Shown here: piece by piece, positions 28,001-40,300 of the stretch | Layout of the letters: each line of letters begins with the position of its first letter | How positions within the stretch are numbered: the stretch's first letter is position 1 | DNA from: Bilabrum cf. latius | Lineage: Eukaryota | Direction of reading: 5' to 3' | Assembly: GCA_965178125.1 (NCBI GenBank) | Contig: OZ237759.1 | Span: 620,001-684,000 of the forward strand | Length of the DNA stretch: 64,000 nucleotides | The notes under the pieces: generated by a model | Databases searched by the model: none | The model's input: the letters and a program-made list of their open reading frames with translations, nothing else | Told to the model about the DNA's origin: nothing | Translations under genes and position numbers: made by a program

Positions 28001-29959
28001 CTTCTCGTTGTGCACCGAATTCAAACCACGGGTGGATGGTGTTGCCTGACTGCAAAAGGGTTTCGCTTGGGGAGCGAACACCTCTTGCAGTGCAGGCAGC
28101 ACCATCCTGACCCTGGTCCTTAGACGATGCTCGGATCCGGATTCCGGATTGCCCATGTCCATGCCTCCATTTGGCCAGTACAGCCTTTCAAACGCTGACT
28201 CTGCGAATCTCTCGTCTGGCACTGAGACACCACGGGCTGAGCCTGCGGCGTCACTAGTGCGATCCCCGGCGTGGCTTTCGCGCCGATCACGGGCGGAGTC
28301 GGACTCTGATTCTGAAGAAGCCGCTAGGATCAACCGCATTGCATCCCGACGGGCTTGGTGCACCTCCCGAACCTGGGTCTACGTAATGGAAGCAAAAATC
28401 GTAACCCCGGTACGTCTGCACTGCTCCAGCTTGGCTTTGAACCGGTCCTGGTCTTTGTTGGGGCGCTTGAACCCGACGAGAACTGTCCCTATTCGACCTC
28501 CTCCTGGTGCTGCCAATGCTGAAGCCTTACGGGTCACCATATCGAACTTGGCCAGAGTCTAGGGCGTTCCCTCTGCCACTTCTTCGTCCTCCGCATCGAA
28601 AAAGTACATTTCAACGAGAAGGTGCACCTCCTTCTTGTTGCTGGCTTCGTCCCACCAGGCCGGCAGGGTCTTCATCAGAACTTGACCCAGGCGAAGCTCG
28701 ACCTTTTTGTTGCCTGCTCCTTGATGCTACTTGCCGCCGAATTTGCTCCGTGCAGCCGATGCGCCCGCTCCGGCATGTGCCCGTGTAGCTGGGGGCATCA
28801 TTATCGACCTTTTCGTGGTCGCACCAGCACCTGCTGCATCGCTGCCGTGCGTTGACTGAGGCGACACGTAGAAGCCGAGCACTTCTGCTCCATGCATTGC
28901 AGATTGCGTGTACTTTCGGTACTCCGTCGCGTACTCAATATCTTCGACCAAGGACTGCACCCGGGTCACGTGCAAGAGGTCTCGTCCCGGCCCTTTGAAC
29001 GCGCCCTCCTCCAGCAAGGCTTCAATCGCCAGCGGTTGGATCGCATGGTCTCCCCCCTTGCTGCCTCGAAGCTGGTCCTCCTCGATCGGATCCAAGGCGA
29101 GAAGGCCATCGTGTGGGATGGAGTCTCCTCTACGCTGCATCTTATTCACCTCCATTCGACGACGATTCAGCTCCTTGCTGCTGAGCTCCCTGAAGCACTG
29201 CATGAACTTGGCGCCCTCCCGTGGTGCGGGGACGAGACCGGCCGGCGCCTGAAGCAGAGCCGCAGCGTGCGCGATCGTCAGTGTTTTTTCCTTTAGACCC
29301 TTCGACGGCTTGAAAGAAAAGACACCCACAGCCGCAGCAGTCGCTGCGGCTTCTGCGCCGTCCTCGCCCTCCTTGTCCTTGTTATTCTGCCCCGCCAGAA
29401 TCTCGACAGCCTCCTCCAGGCATCGCACCTTCTTACCCTCATCCTCGCTGAGCAGCTCAAGGCAAACCTCGCCAAGGCAGATCCAGCGCGACGTTGAACT
29501 TGCTTGCCCCTAAATACTCCACCGATACGTGGTCACTGGCGGCATGGGAGCACCAGTTGGAGCATCGCGAAGGATATCCTGCTCTCTGATTGCCACCAAG
29601 CAAGTGAAGCTCTCCACAGCACAGCAGGTCTCCTTTATGTCTTGAATAATAATCCGTACCTGCTCGCGATCCAGATCATCAGCCATGTCCGGGGCCTGCT
29701 GCGGACGCACGGCGCTTACGTACACCTGTGGACGCGCCTTGCCTCGCTTTCCCCCCCTTCCCTTTCGCGAGCGTGCGTCAGCACACGCAGCCAAAGCAAC
29801 ATCAATATCATTGGAAATCCAATGATACTACGCTACTCGCCACTGGGAGCGGCCTGACTCCTAAATGCCAAGCACTTCGCATTGCGAACGGTCTGGACGT
29901 TCTAACTGGTTCAGGGCCTTTCGTACCGTCTTAGTGACCTTAGCCGGCGCAGTCGGCAT
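25097..29959 (-). CDS. Superfamily 1 helicase, Upf1/DNA2/NAM7-like (~1620 aa with TAG as sense)
   Basis: LNQEQ, Walker A GPPGTGKT, Walker B DEASQ, GDPRQL, SPYKAQ, TADGLQGTEAD, RRTNVAVSRAK; five track ORFs lie in one frame separated only by TAG, two of them (27491, 27446) between Walker A and B; ATG 29959, TAA 25097. Confidence 0.88.
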
Positions 29960-30277
29960 AGTTATCAAATAACTTGCCTAGTAGTGGGGAAAACAGGGTT
30001 GGGATGCTAGATCCGAAGAGGACCTATGCGGGGATGCTTCCCTGGATCTTTCCAAAAAATGAAACTCTATATCATAAAAAGCTCAATTCGCACGCCATTA
30101 TCACGTCACGTTGACGAAAAGCAACATCTCTAAAAGAGCCATTCTCTTGTACTTATCGGCGCTAGAAGTGGAAACCTTGATGTATTTTAAATAGTAAACA
30201 GTTTGCATAGCTCAATGTGGCCTTGCCGGCAAGATCCGCAAGATCCAAAAGGTCCACCGATTCGAAGGCGGATAAAC

Positions 30278-32107
30278 TCACAGCTCCTCCTACTCCTGCC
30301 ACAGGAACGGCTGCGGCACCGTGCGGAACCGCGTGGCTTGCGCGGCGCCCTTCGGCTGGGTAATCCAGAGGCCGGCACTGCTCACAGAGGAAGCCAGGCT
30401 GGCGTCGCTGGGCGCGGCGGGGCCAGGCCGGGACCGCACGGATTCCGGCAGCTCGATCGCTGCAGCAGCAGGGAATGAAGAAGAAGGCGAACCAGGCGGG
30501 GCCCACACCTCTCCGTCCGGAATCGTAATCACGGTGGTGCTGTTCGAGTCCTGGGGGTTGAAGACGGTCAGCAGAAGGTCCTTGCCCTGCTTGGTCGCGT
30601 ACTGGGTGGGTGACGAGTGCGCTCCCACAGCAGACAGGTCCGGCGTGAACCGCCAGACTGTTCCCTCAGGAGTGTTGGTCCCCGTGAGCAGGTAGGACTG
30701 AAGCCAGTCCAGCAGGCCGTTGTTCTCTGGCAGCCAGCGCCTGGAGGCCTTGCTGCAGCCTGCCACAGCGCTCAGCTCCACCAGGGTTGCCGAAGTGATG
30801 TCGTTGTCCTGGGGGCTAGCGGGGCACAGCTTGGGCTCCTGCGGCTTCTCGCACGGGTTGAAGTAGAGGAAGCCGTCGTTCGGCATGAGGCCCAGGTGCA
30901 GCAGGATCTCCTGGTAGTAGTCCGTGTTGGCGGTCGGGTTCGGTGCGGCGTCCCCAGCGAAAGACCGGTAGGCCACCCACGGCTTAAATCGGAAGTGGGG
31001 CGCCGCCAGCACGTACATCCTGGCGTTGAGGATGTTCTGCCGCAGCGCGTTGAATGGGGTCCAGAGGTACTCATAGTCCGCTCCCAGGTTCGAACCCGAC
31101 TGGCCGCCGGGCATTCCCCTTGTCTCAGCTATTTGTTTCACGGCGTGGGTCATTCCCGGAAAGTACGGTCCGCTATAATTGTGGAACCACCCGTAGTACT
31201 CGTTGGCCTGTGAGTCCCCGACCACCATAGGCCCCAGCTTGTCCAGTTCCGCATTGGGCGCCACGCATTCGAGGAAGCCGTTGAGCCCCGGAGCGCAGTA
31301 CTTGTGGGCGGTCTGCCCGAATCCGTAATCGCTCAAGTGGGCCTCCTTGTTCCCTGCGCTCTGGGAGGCCTCCCAGAAGGACTCGTTCGAGTAGGCCGCC
31401 GCCCGGGCCGTCTGCACGTAGTCCCACGCCAGGGAGTTGTTGTTGAAGCCGTTCGTGACGTTCACCTGCATGGCCTTCTCTAGCCAGCCTGGGGAGGAGG
31501 TGTCATTCGGGGTGATGAATCCGGCGGCCTCCATCAGCTTAAGCACTTCGGGGAATCGGCTGTCACGCTCGATGGCTTGGAACCGCGCGGAAATGCACTC
31601 CGGGGTCGGGCCTGGGTTCAGGTACACGGAGAAGATGTCCATGCCCTCCTCCACGTCGAGAACCATTTCATCGTACTCGCCCCCGGCTGCCTTGTAGGCC
31701 TTGAGCCAGGTTTCGTGGTTCTGACGCGTCACGTCCGCGGCGTGGCCCCACCAGATGGAGAAGTTGCCGTGCCTGCACGGTGCACCGGGCGGAAGGATGT
31801 TGTCTTTCGGGTGTGTTGAAATGTGAGCATTCTGTCCTGAGAATAGAGGTCGCCTGCCAGGAACATACAGGTCCGAGTTGTTTCGCATGGTCTCGATCGC
31901 TTTCTGAACTGTCTCGGTGAGGTTGTAGTTCTCGGTTCGATAGTACAGCTCGACATCTGCCCGAACCATAGGGACCAAATTATTGTTCTTCAAAGCCGCT
32001 GTAGCATTGAATGGGTTCCATGCCACGGCCCAGTGCTCGTATGCGTCGGATCCACTGCAACGCGTCGAAGGGCCGCCAAATGCAACTGAGGATACGGCAG
32101 CAATCAC
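30278..32107 (-). CDS. Hypothetical probably secretory-pathway protein (~610 aa); start unresolved
   Basis: Long ORF with strong GC3 bias and many N-x-S/T sites; reading TAG 30290 extends it to ...WQE*EEL-TGA(30278). No in-frame ATG at the 5' end, so a missing exon is likely. Confidence 0.7.
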
Positions 32108-32416
32108 TTGCGATGCTAAAGGCGCACCGACCCCGTACTTTCGTGATTGATTTCATATTATATCAGTTCGGATCGTTCTTTGGAGATATTTCGTAGGAAA
32201 TAAGGAGAAAATCCGCATCTAGGCCTAGGGATCTGCCATTTTTTTGTGATCCGGATGAATACGAACCGCCCCTGAATGCGGCATAATTCAAAGGCTGATC
32301 AATCAAAAAAAAAGTCTAATCGCAAACTGGACAGTCAAACAAAACCCTCTAACGCTGCATCTTGCAAAGATATTGACTGACTTGAACTCTACTACATAGC
32401 ATTAGATTCTGGCACG

Positions 32417-35107
32417 ATGACATCTTGGGTAGACGCTCTGTTTCCGTATGGGCCACCATTTTGGCATAGACTATTATTAATATATTCCTTGTCCATTGCC
32501 GGCATGCTGTGGTCCGAATTGGCCTTTTGGTCCGCCACCGAAGTTGCGTGGCCCCACACTAGCAGTACGTTTGTCCGATTCACGCAGCAGCTTGCCGTAG
32601 CTGGAGGCTACGCTGCGGGTACAGTAATTGCAATGGAAGTGATCGAGGCGTACGGCTCATTGATATTGAAGCTGTCCCCGTAGAGGAGCAACCCCGGCAG
32701 TGCATCATCGAGGCAGTTTCCCAGAAATGTCAGAGCAGTCGCGGGGCACGCGCCGGATGCTTCGATTACTGTTTCCATGGGCACGGCGCTACCTGATCGA
32801 GGTCGAGCAGATGGCGATAAATGTAATCCGCCAGAACCTGGGTCACCGGAAGCCATTCGATCAGCAGAGCGAGCAGGCGAGCACGATCCAGCTCGAGCAC
32901 CTGCCCTGGCAGTGGAGGAGGCGAGCGCAATCGAAGTGGCGTCGCTCGCTGGAGGGGGAAATCCCCGAGGCACGTCGAATCCACTCGGATACACCTCCAA
33001 CTATGCCCCTCAGTCCTCCTTTCAGTGGACGGCCCGCGGCACTCTGATCGTTGCCATGTGCGCCGGTGCATTGTATGGCTGGCAGGCGGAAGGAGCGCTT
33101 GTTGGCACCGTGTACGAGGCTCTGCCGTTCAGCATCGTGTCCACCGGAATCCAGTGGCACATGCTTGTGAGCATCTTGCTCGGCTGGGTGCTCGCTTCGG
33201 CAATGCTCGCTCATCCGTCGGGGGGTTTGGTCGCAAGCAGGTGCTGCGCCTGCTGCCACTGCTGCTGGTCGCAATGCGACGACGGCCCCGGCGTGCCCGG
33301 TGACTTTCAGTGGCAGACGTGCGGCGCTGATGTGATGAGTGAAGCGTAGCGACATCCGCGGCTGCTTGTTGCAACCGCCAAAGCAGGTCACGCGTTGGCG
33401 CCGGACCGCTCGTCGCCGACACCTACCATGGGCGCCGCGCAAAGCGGTTCCGCAGCACTGGGCGGGGACGAGGACAGGCCCCTCCTCGACGACACCGAGG
33501 AAAGCCCGCAGGCGGACTCGGAGCGGATATTAGGACCGAGCACAGCCGATGTACATCCCCGGGAGGTGCTGCTGGCTCTGGCATCGACGGGCCGCGCGGG
33601 CGGCTGGAGCCTGCCTGGGGTGGCGTGCACTGCACTGCAGTGGGTGCTGCTGGGCATGCTGTGGGGCTCATGGGCGCCGCAGTGGTTTCAAGACACGGGT
33701 CCGCCGGGGGAGAGCAGCTCCATTTCCAATTCCGGGTCATTGTCCGAGTCGTTGCTTCTCGGGTCGCGAATCGGCGGCTCCGGCAGCTGGGAGCTGGTTG
33801 AAACTGGATCGGGTTCCGCAGTGCGCGGCGCCTCTCTGGGGAACAGTTCCGCTGGCGGGGAGGATACGTACGATGTGCATCCCAACCTGTCCGCTGCACT
33901 GCAGTTCAATGCATTCGCGGTGCTGATTCCCATGGTCCTCATGCACGCAGCCATCGGCGCTCTGCTGGCATGCGCCGCTGATCCGATCCGATTTGTCCCC
34001 TCGTGGTGCATTGCACGGTCAATTTCTGCGAGTGGGCAAGAAGCCCCAGAAGAGCACTGCACTGCGGCGCTCTGGAGGTGCACAGTGCAGTTTTCGCAGA
34101 AGAGATACACCAGGGATAGTGAAGCTGGTGTGGCGAGTGACGGGGAACAACAGCAAGCAGCTGCATCCGGCAGCCTAGACGGTGCACGGGCAAGAGCGGC
34201 CGCCTCGCAGGCGGCATCCACAACCAGTGTGACAATCGTTTCCGCCTTCACCCCTTCCCTGGTTGAGCGACTGATATGGTACCTGTACATCGCCGCGCTG
34301 ATCGTGCTGCAGGGCATTGCAACGGGCGGGATCGCCATCGTGGTGTGGCCCGCCATCGTAGGCTTTGCCGTGTGGGTGGCATCCACGGAGGGTTCGCGAA
34401 GAACCTTCGCTGCGGGGGCGTGCGCATGCTGCCTCGGTGGGTACTGCGGCTGCGGGCCTACAGGCGCCCAGGGAGGCATGTGGGAGCCGGGCACCACCAG
34501 GCGATCGCACTCCGATCGACGCGAGGCATCACACCCAGGTGCATCGAATGGTGGTGCCTTTTCTGCTGGTGGTAGATCTGCAGCACCACCTGAGGCAGAT
34601 CCAAGTCAGGTTCAGCAGGAGGTGCAGCAGGGACACTCATAGCATGGTCAGGACCGGGGCCAGGACCAGGCGCAGAACGAGGAGGCGGAGATCGGGGGGC
34701 TGTTCGTGCTACTCCACGGGTGGATCGATGTGGTGGCGGCTGTGGTGGGATCCACCGGTGGAGTGGTCGCGACAGGATCGGATCAAGGATCGGATCGAGG
34801 GGATCGCGTGCTGGCCGCGCCGGGATCTTCACGAGCGCCCAAGACCTCGCAAAGGTATTCATGCGCGTAGCTGTGGATCGATCGAGGATTGGCAGCTGCA
34901 CTGTGCCTAGTGTGCTATTTGGGAGGGGCGGCGATCACGTACCACGCATGCCAAAACGTGTGGGCCGATGCACGGGAGAACGACGAGGCAGAAAACTGCC
35001 GGCCGTTTACCACGGGCACGCTGTACATTGCTCTGGACGTGTTCGCGGGTTGTTTGTTCTTCTTGGGTGCGATATCGGCCTGTGCGCGCAGGTGGTCGTG
35101 CTGCTGA
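32417..35107 (+). CDS. Multi-pass membrane hypothetical protein (~896 aa)
   Basis: ORFs 32417, 32777, 33395 and 34889 share one frame, joined via TAG 32681, 33347, 34640, 34868; about ten hydrophobic segments; TGA stop. Confidence 0.72.
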
Positions 35108-35184
35108 CGGTTTGCATTAAATGAAGAAGAGGAAATAAACGGCATTTTGCGGCAATGCGACTTCAGGGCGAGCATTTCGCATCA

Positions 35185-37026
35185 ATGCGCGCAGTATTTG
35201 GAATACTTTCTCTCGTTTCAATACATCATGCGTATGGCGGCATCATGGATGGCGCGTAGCTTTCCCTACAGTGGTGTGCAGCAACAGATCCCAACCAAAT
35301 GTTCGCCCTTGACGAGTCTAGTTCGTAGATACGCCATGAGCCGTCAGGCTTGTGCGTTTCGGCCCCGTATGGCTCTCCCGGTCATGTAACTCTTGAGCTG
35401 GAATAGTGTGATGCTAGCGATCCGGCGCAGACGTGGACGTATAATGCGAGCACAAGCGTGATTACGGGAGTGCCTCCTTCATCTTCGGGTGGCTGCTTGG
35501 CATGGAACACCTAGGGTGGTCCTGGAATTGAAGGAGTAAACAGTACTGTTGGACTCTGGACCTGCTCCTAGACTGGATTCAATTCCTACTTTGCCGCCGG
35601 TTATCCGTACAGCAACCACCTAGGAGCCAACTATACGACACCGAACAATGAGACGTTTAGCGGCCTGTGCGTGACAGCAACGCCTCTTCCTCCGTTACCA
35701 CTACCGACAATTGAGCAGGTCAAGTGGCAGGACGACTACATCGCGTGCTTCGTCCACTTCAACATGGGAACCGCTGCCGGCACGCAGGGCTGCAACTGCG
35801 CCGATGCTCCCCCCTCCATCGAGACCTGGGCCCCGGGCCACGTCAACACTGACGAGTGGATCGACACCGGCATTGCGATGGGTTGCAGCCGCTTCATCTA
35901 TACGGCCAAGCACTCCTGCGGCTTCTTGACCTGGGACTCGCAGGTCCCCGCCAGCACGTACAACTACTCTGTCGGTCACAACCCCAACCCCTAGGGGCAG
36001 CAAGATGTCGTGGCATCTTTCGTGAAGAGCGCGAGATCGAAAGGGGTGGGCGTGGGATTCTACTACTCTGTGGTCAGCAACAGCCTGCTGAACGTCTGCC
36101 GCGGAGTGGTGGGTCCAAGCCCCAAGCCAGGGCAGAGGCCAGTCACCCAGGAGCAGTACAACCAGATCGTGTTTAGCCACCTTCGGGAGCTGTGGGGGAA
36201 CTACGGTCCGCTGGACGAGATTTGGTTCGATGGTGGATACCCTGCGAGCATGAAGTCAGGCCTGCAGCAGCTCTTCAAGGAGCTCCAGCCGCGCGTGGTG
36301 GCCTTTGGTGCTGTGGACCTCATGCCCTCCCCTGTCCGGTGGGTGGGCACAGAGTCGGGATACGCGCCGTACCCCCAGTGGAGCGCGGGCACTCCCAGCG
36401 GGCAAGGCAGCCCCGAGGGCGCGCTGTGGCTCCCGGCCGAGACCGACTTCACGCTGCAGAACTATGACCAGTGGTTTTATAATCAGGGCGCCGGGGTTCG
36501 ATCCCCGCAGGAGCTCCGCAGCATGGTCGAGACGTCGGCGGGGCACAACACCGCGCTCATCATCGACATCGCGCCCATGCCCAACGGGTCTGTGCCGGTG
36601 GCACAGCAGCAGGCTGCCAAGGGCCTGGGCCAGTACCTGAGGGCATGCTACGGGCACGCTGCTGGTGTGACGAGTGCAAACGGGGAGCGCACGGTGACTC
36701 TCGATCTGCCCGGGTCATCCGGTGCGGGCATCGACCGGGTCATGGTGCGCGAGAACGTCACGATGGGTCAGCTGATCCGATCTTTCGAGCTGGTCGGGGT
36801 GACGAGCGGCGCCGCGCACGTATCCCTGTTCAACGGAACCTCGGTCGGCCAGCGGTACATCTCGGTCCTCCCGCAGCCCATGGACCTGGCTCAGGTGGTC
36901 ATGCGTGTGACGAGTGTGGATGGCCGCGCCCCACCGGGTGCCCCGTTCGTGCAGGAGCTGTCTGCGTTTGCGTGCGGTCAGGCGGCCAGTGAGCACGACG
37001 AAGAGATGGGGGGCAGCCTAGGCTGA
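35185..37026 (+). CDS. Secreted alpha-L-fucosidase (GH29) with N-terminal ricin-B-type lectin repeats (613 aa)
   Basis: Signal peptide MRAVFGILSLVSIHHAYG; ricin-B motifs (S*IRHEPSGLCV, CDASDPAQTW); GH29 motifs FVHFNM, AKHSCGF, GFYYS, EIWFDG, RWVGTESG; six in-frame TAG (35257, 35326, 35404, 35512, 35569, 35992); TGA stop. Confidence 0.88.
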
Positions 37027-37340
37027 CTGCGTCACAGCAAAAACTCCGCTGACCGCCAGCGCGGATACTCAGCGAGTCTGCGCTTGCATACAGCACTGCA
37101 TGTTCTACTGCAGTACTCTGCGAAACCAAATCACTGAATCAGACATGTTGCCGTCGAAACATTTGCATGAGCCGTAGATCTAAGCCGTGTGTGCCAGGGG
37201 TAACGTGTTATTTCTGATTTCACGATGGGGGAGAGTCTAGGCCTGCTCTCTTCCAGTCTCGATCAAGCTTCAAGCCAGGCTTTCACCTCGTTGGTAGCCA
37301 ATTAGGTGCTGTACGCTTTTCGTTTATTGGTATTGTGAAC

Positions 37341-40300
37341 ATGGCATGGACTACTAGTTCGAACCTTGGCGCCCACAGCACCAGCGATCGCCGGTCACGT
37401 TCAGGCTGCTCTGTGCCTCATGGTAGCGGTCTGGCACGTAATTCGCGCATAAGTACTCTTACTACAGTCTTCTTGGGTGTAGTATTTCTGGCGCATCGGC
37501 CGGCGGGGCAATCATGTGACTACGATTACGTTCTCAGTAGCAGCGGTGCCAGCGGCGGCTTCGTTCGGCTAACAGACGGAGCAAAGTTTAGCAGCTTGCC
37601 TAAGCACAACGGCAGGCTACCACACTTAAGTGTTCTCCCAAGGGATGCGTCCATTGTGTCGCCGAGTCTGGCAGCAGGTGCAGCTGGGCCGATTGGCGTT
37701 CGCTTGTCGGCAGGGCCTTCGCACGCCGCCTCCCTCATGATCGCCAAAAAGCCCCGGATGACAATCGTTGTCGGCAGAGGGAGCTCTTTAAGTGAGCTTA
37801 GTTCCTTTGGTCCATCCAGAATTCCGTTTAGTCTTCCATGATGTTCACCTATCGGACCTTCTCTTCTTCACCCACATCATGCTCGCAGGGATCCGATCCC
37901 GTCAGAAGTATTCAGGGAGCCCTTCAACGGCAGACACACAGCCCAGTATTTACAACAAGCAGATGTCCTGCAGACTTCGACCGCCTAGGGCTCCAAGTAC
38001 GGCTCCCGTGTTTTCGGGCACCACAACGGATCGGGCTCTGCTCGCGATCGCACACGACACGCTGCGTCTCGAAGGCCCACCTCCCAGCGCCCCCATCGAT
38101 GCTATTGTTCCTGTTGCTGGATCTGATCCGGCTGTGGCCACCATGGGTGCGTTGCAACTTCCCGAGATTGCTGTGTTTGAATGGGTGCGAGACACTGGCC
38201 TTGCCATCCCGCTCGATGAGGGTGCCGGAGCTGTCGAGGCGTACATTTGCGCGACCGGCGGAACCGTTCTGTCCGTTGCAGGGAATAGCACTACTGATGC
38301 AGGGAATAGCACGGCGTCTGCTTTGATTTCAACCTCAGGCCAGACCGCTGCTGCGCCATTTGTGTCACGGAACGATTCGCTCCGTGCAGCCGCCCGAATG
38401 GCCCTCGACCGCTTTCCGGCGTGGACTGGCGGTCCCTCGATAGGTAGCGTCGCTCAGTAGCAGGGGTACTACGAAACAAACGTTACTGCGCTTGTGGCAG
38501 CCGCCGTGAAGGCAGGTGGATCGGAAAGCGGCGCGGGCAGGGGTTGCTTCGTGGTGGTGCGGGGACTTCCTGGCGCTACCGACCTGGTTGCGCAGATGCG
38601 GGTGGTTGGAACCGCATCCGGGGTCGGGGAATGGTCAGGAAGACCAGAGCCGGCTGCGACCATGACTGGCGTGCCGCAGGTGGTGCTGAAGCCCCCCATC
38701 GCAGAGAGCAGCCTGCAGCGGATCCTGGGATACACTGGCCTGATTCTCCAGTGGCTGGCACCCCTCGACTCGGGGAGTGCAATCGTCGGATACGACCTGT
38801 AGGAAGAAGCCAGACAGGTGCAAGGTCCGAGCCCTGACTTTGGTGGAGCCTCGGGGCGACGACTCGGTGGTGTGACTTCCGGTGGAGGTGACGCGGCGTA
38901 GTATGATGGCGGCAGTGGCAATAGCAATGGCGGGAAACTATGGAGTGGTGTGACCGCTGTTTCGGATCTTCGTGCAAGTCACACGTCGTTTCGAACGTGG
39001 CGCGCGAATATCGTGGGCTCTGTCAGTGCCGGCATCACTCTCAGTGAAGAGGTGCCGGTGGAAATGCTTCCAGGCAGGTTTCTAAGCTCCACCGGTGGAT
39101 TAGCAACAGGAATCGGATCGTTGCAGGACCTCGAGGACCAGGTGCCCGGGCCTTTGGCCCTTGAAATCATCCGGGGGCTCCGGCGGGAGAACGAGTATCG
39201 ATTCCGGGTTCGTGCGGTGAACCAGTTCGGTGCCGGTGACTGGAGTCCCATGTCAGACTGGTACTCTGTGAGCGGCACGATCCCGGACGGCCCGACCCTT
39301 GCCCTTGAACAGGTCGGCAGCGCAGCAGAAATCGGCGAAGCAGCAGTGGGCGCGGGCGCACATGAAGCTGTTGCCACCGATTGGGTTTCGAAAGCCGTGC
39401 TGGATGGCCCTGATGCCGCACTGGTCGCATGGAAAGACGCTTTTGATGGCGGGGCAGACATCACAGGCTACGTGGTGTAGCTGACTTTGCAGGAAGTAGC
39501 GGACGCTCCGCTCGACTTTGATGCAGTGCGGCTGGTAAACGTAGCGGGTGAATCAAATCAATCCAACAGTCAAGTTGGATACTTGGTACCAGCAGGTCCA
39601 GGAGTCGATTTGCCTCCGTGCGAGTCTCCTGTTGTTGGCACTAGTGGCAATTCGAGCGTCACCGGCGCTACTGACGGCGGGGGCATAGCATGCAACGGCA
39701 CCGTGGGAAGCAACACGACCAAAGCCACCATCGGTGGCCTTCGGTCCGGTAGCGTGTACTTTGTACGCGTAGCTGCGTTGAATGCGAGGGGTAAAGGCGC
39801 GTGGAGTTCCGACCTGTAGATTCGCACCCCTGCTGGGGTGCCTTGCCCACCCGCGGCGGTCGTCTTTTCCAACAACCGAACGTCGCTGCAGGACGGTAGT
39901 GGCCGCACCCGCAGCTCTGTGAACCTTCGATTTTTGCCCTCGAAATGCACGGGAGGAAGGGACTAGTCGATACGAAGATACGACCTTTCCGTTCTTAGGC
40001 AGATTGGGAGTGCCCCGGCGTCCGTCGAGGCGATTGCCGTAGGTCGCGTGTACCCCGGAGTCGATTTCGCCATTCCGCAGTCGGCAGTTGCACCGGGATT
40101 CAGCGCGAAGCTGCGTCTGACGGCAGAGAACACAGCCCGACTGCTGTCTGTGCCAGTGGACACCGTGGTCGTGGCACCAACCGACGTGACCTTGCCACCT
40201 GTGGCAGCTGCATCTATTGAGGATGAATCGACTCTTCCAGTCGAATGGGACGAACTTCGCGCAGCAGGTCGCCTACAGACTGCAGAATTCGCCGGCGGTC

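Noticed and set aside
22212-29959. Integrated virus or virophage suggested by PrimPol, SF1 helicase and tail-collar genes lying close together
   Set aside because: No capsid, packaging ATPase, integrase, terminal repeats or composition shift; PrimPol and the helicase look cellular and all use the host TAG code.
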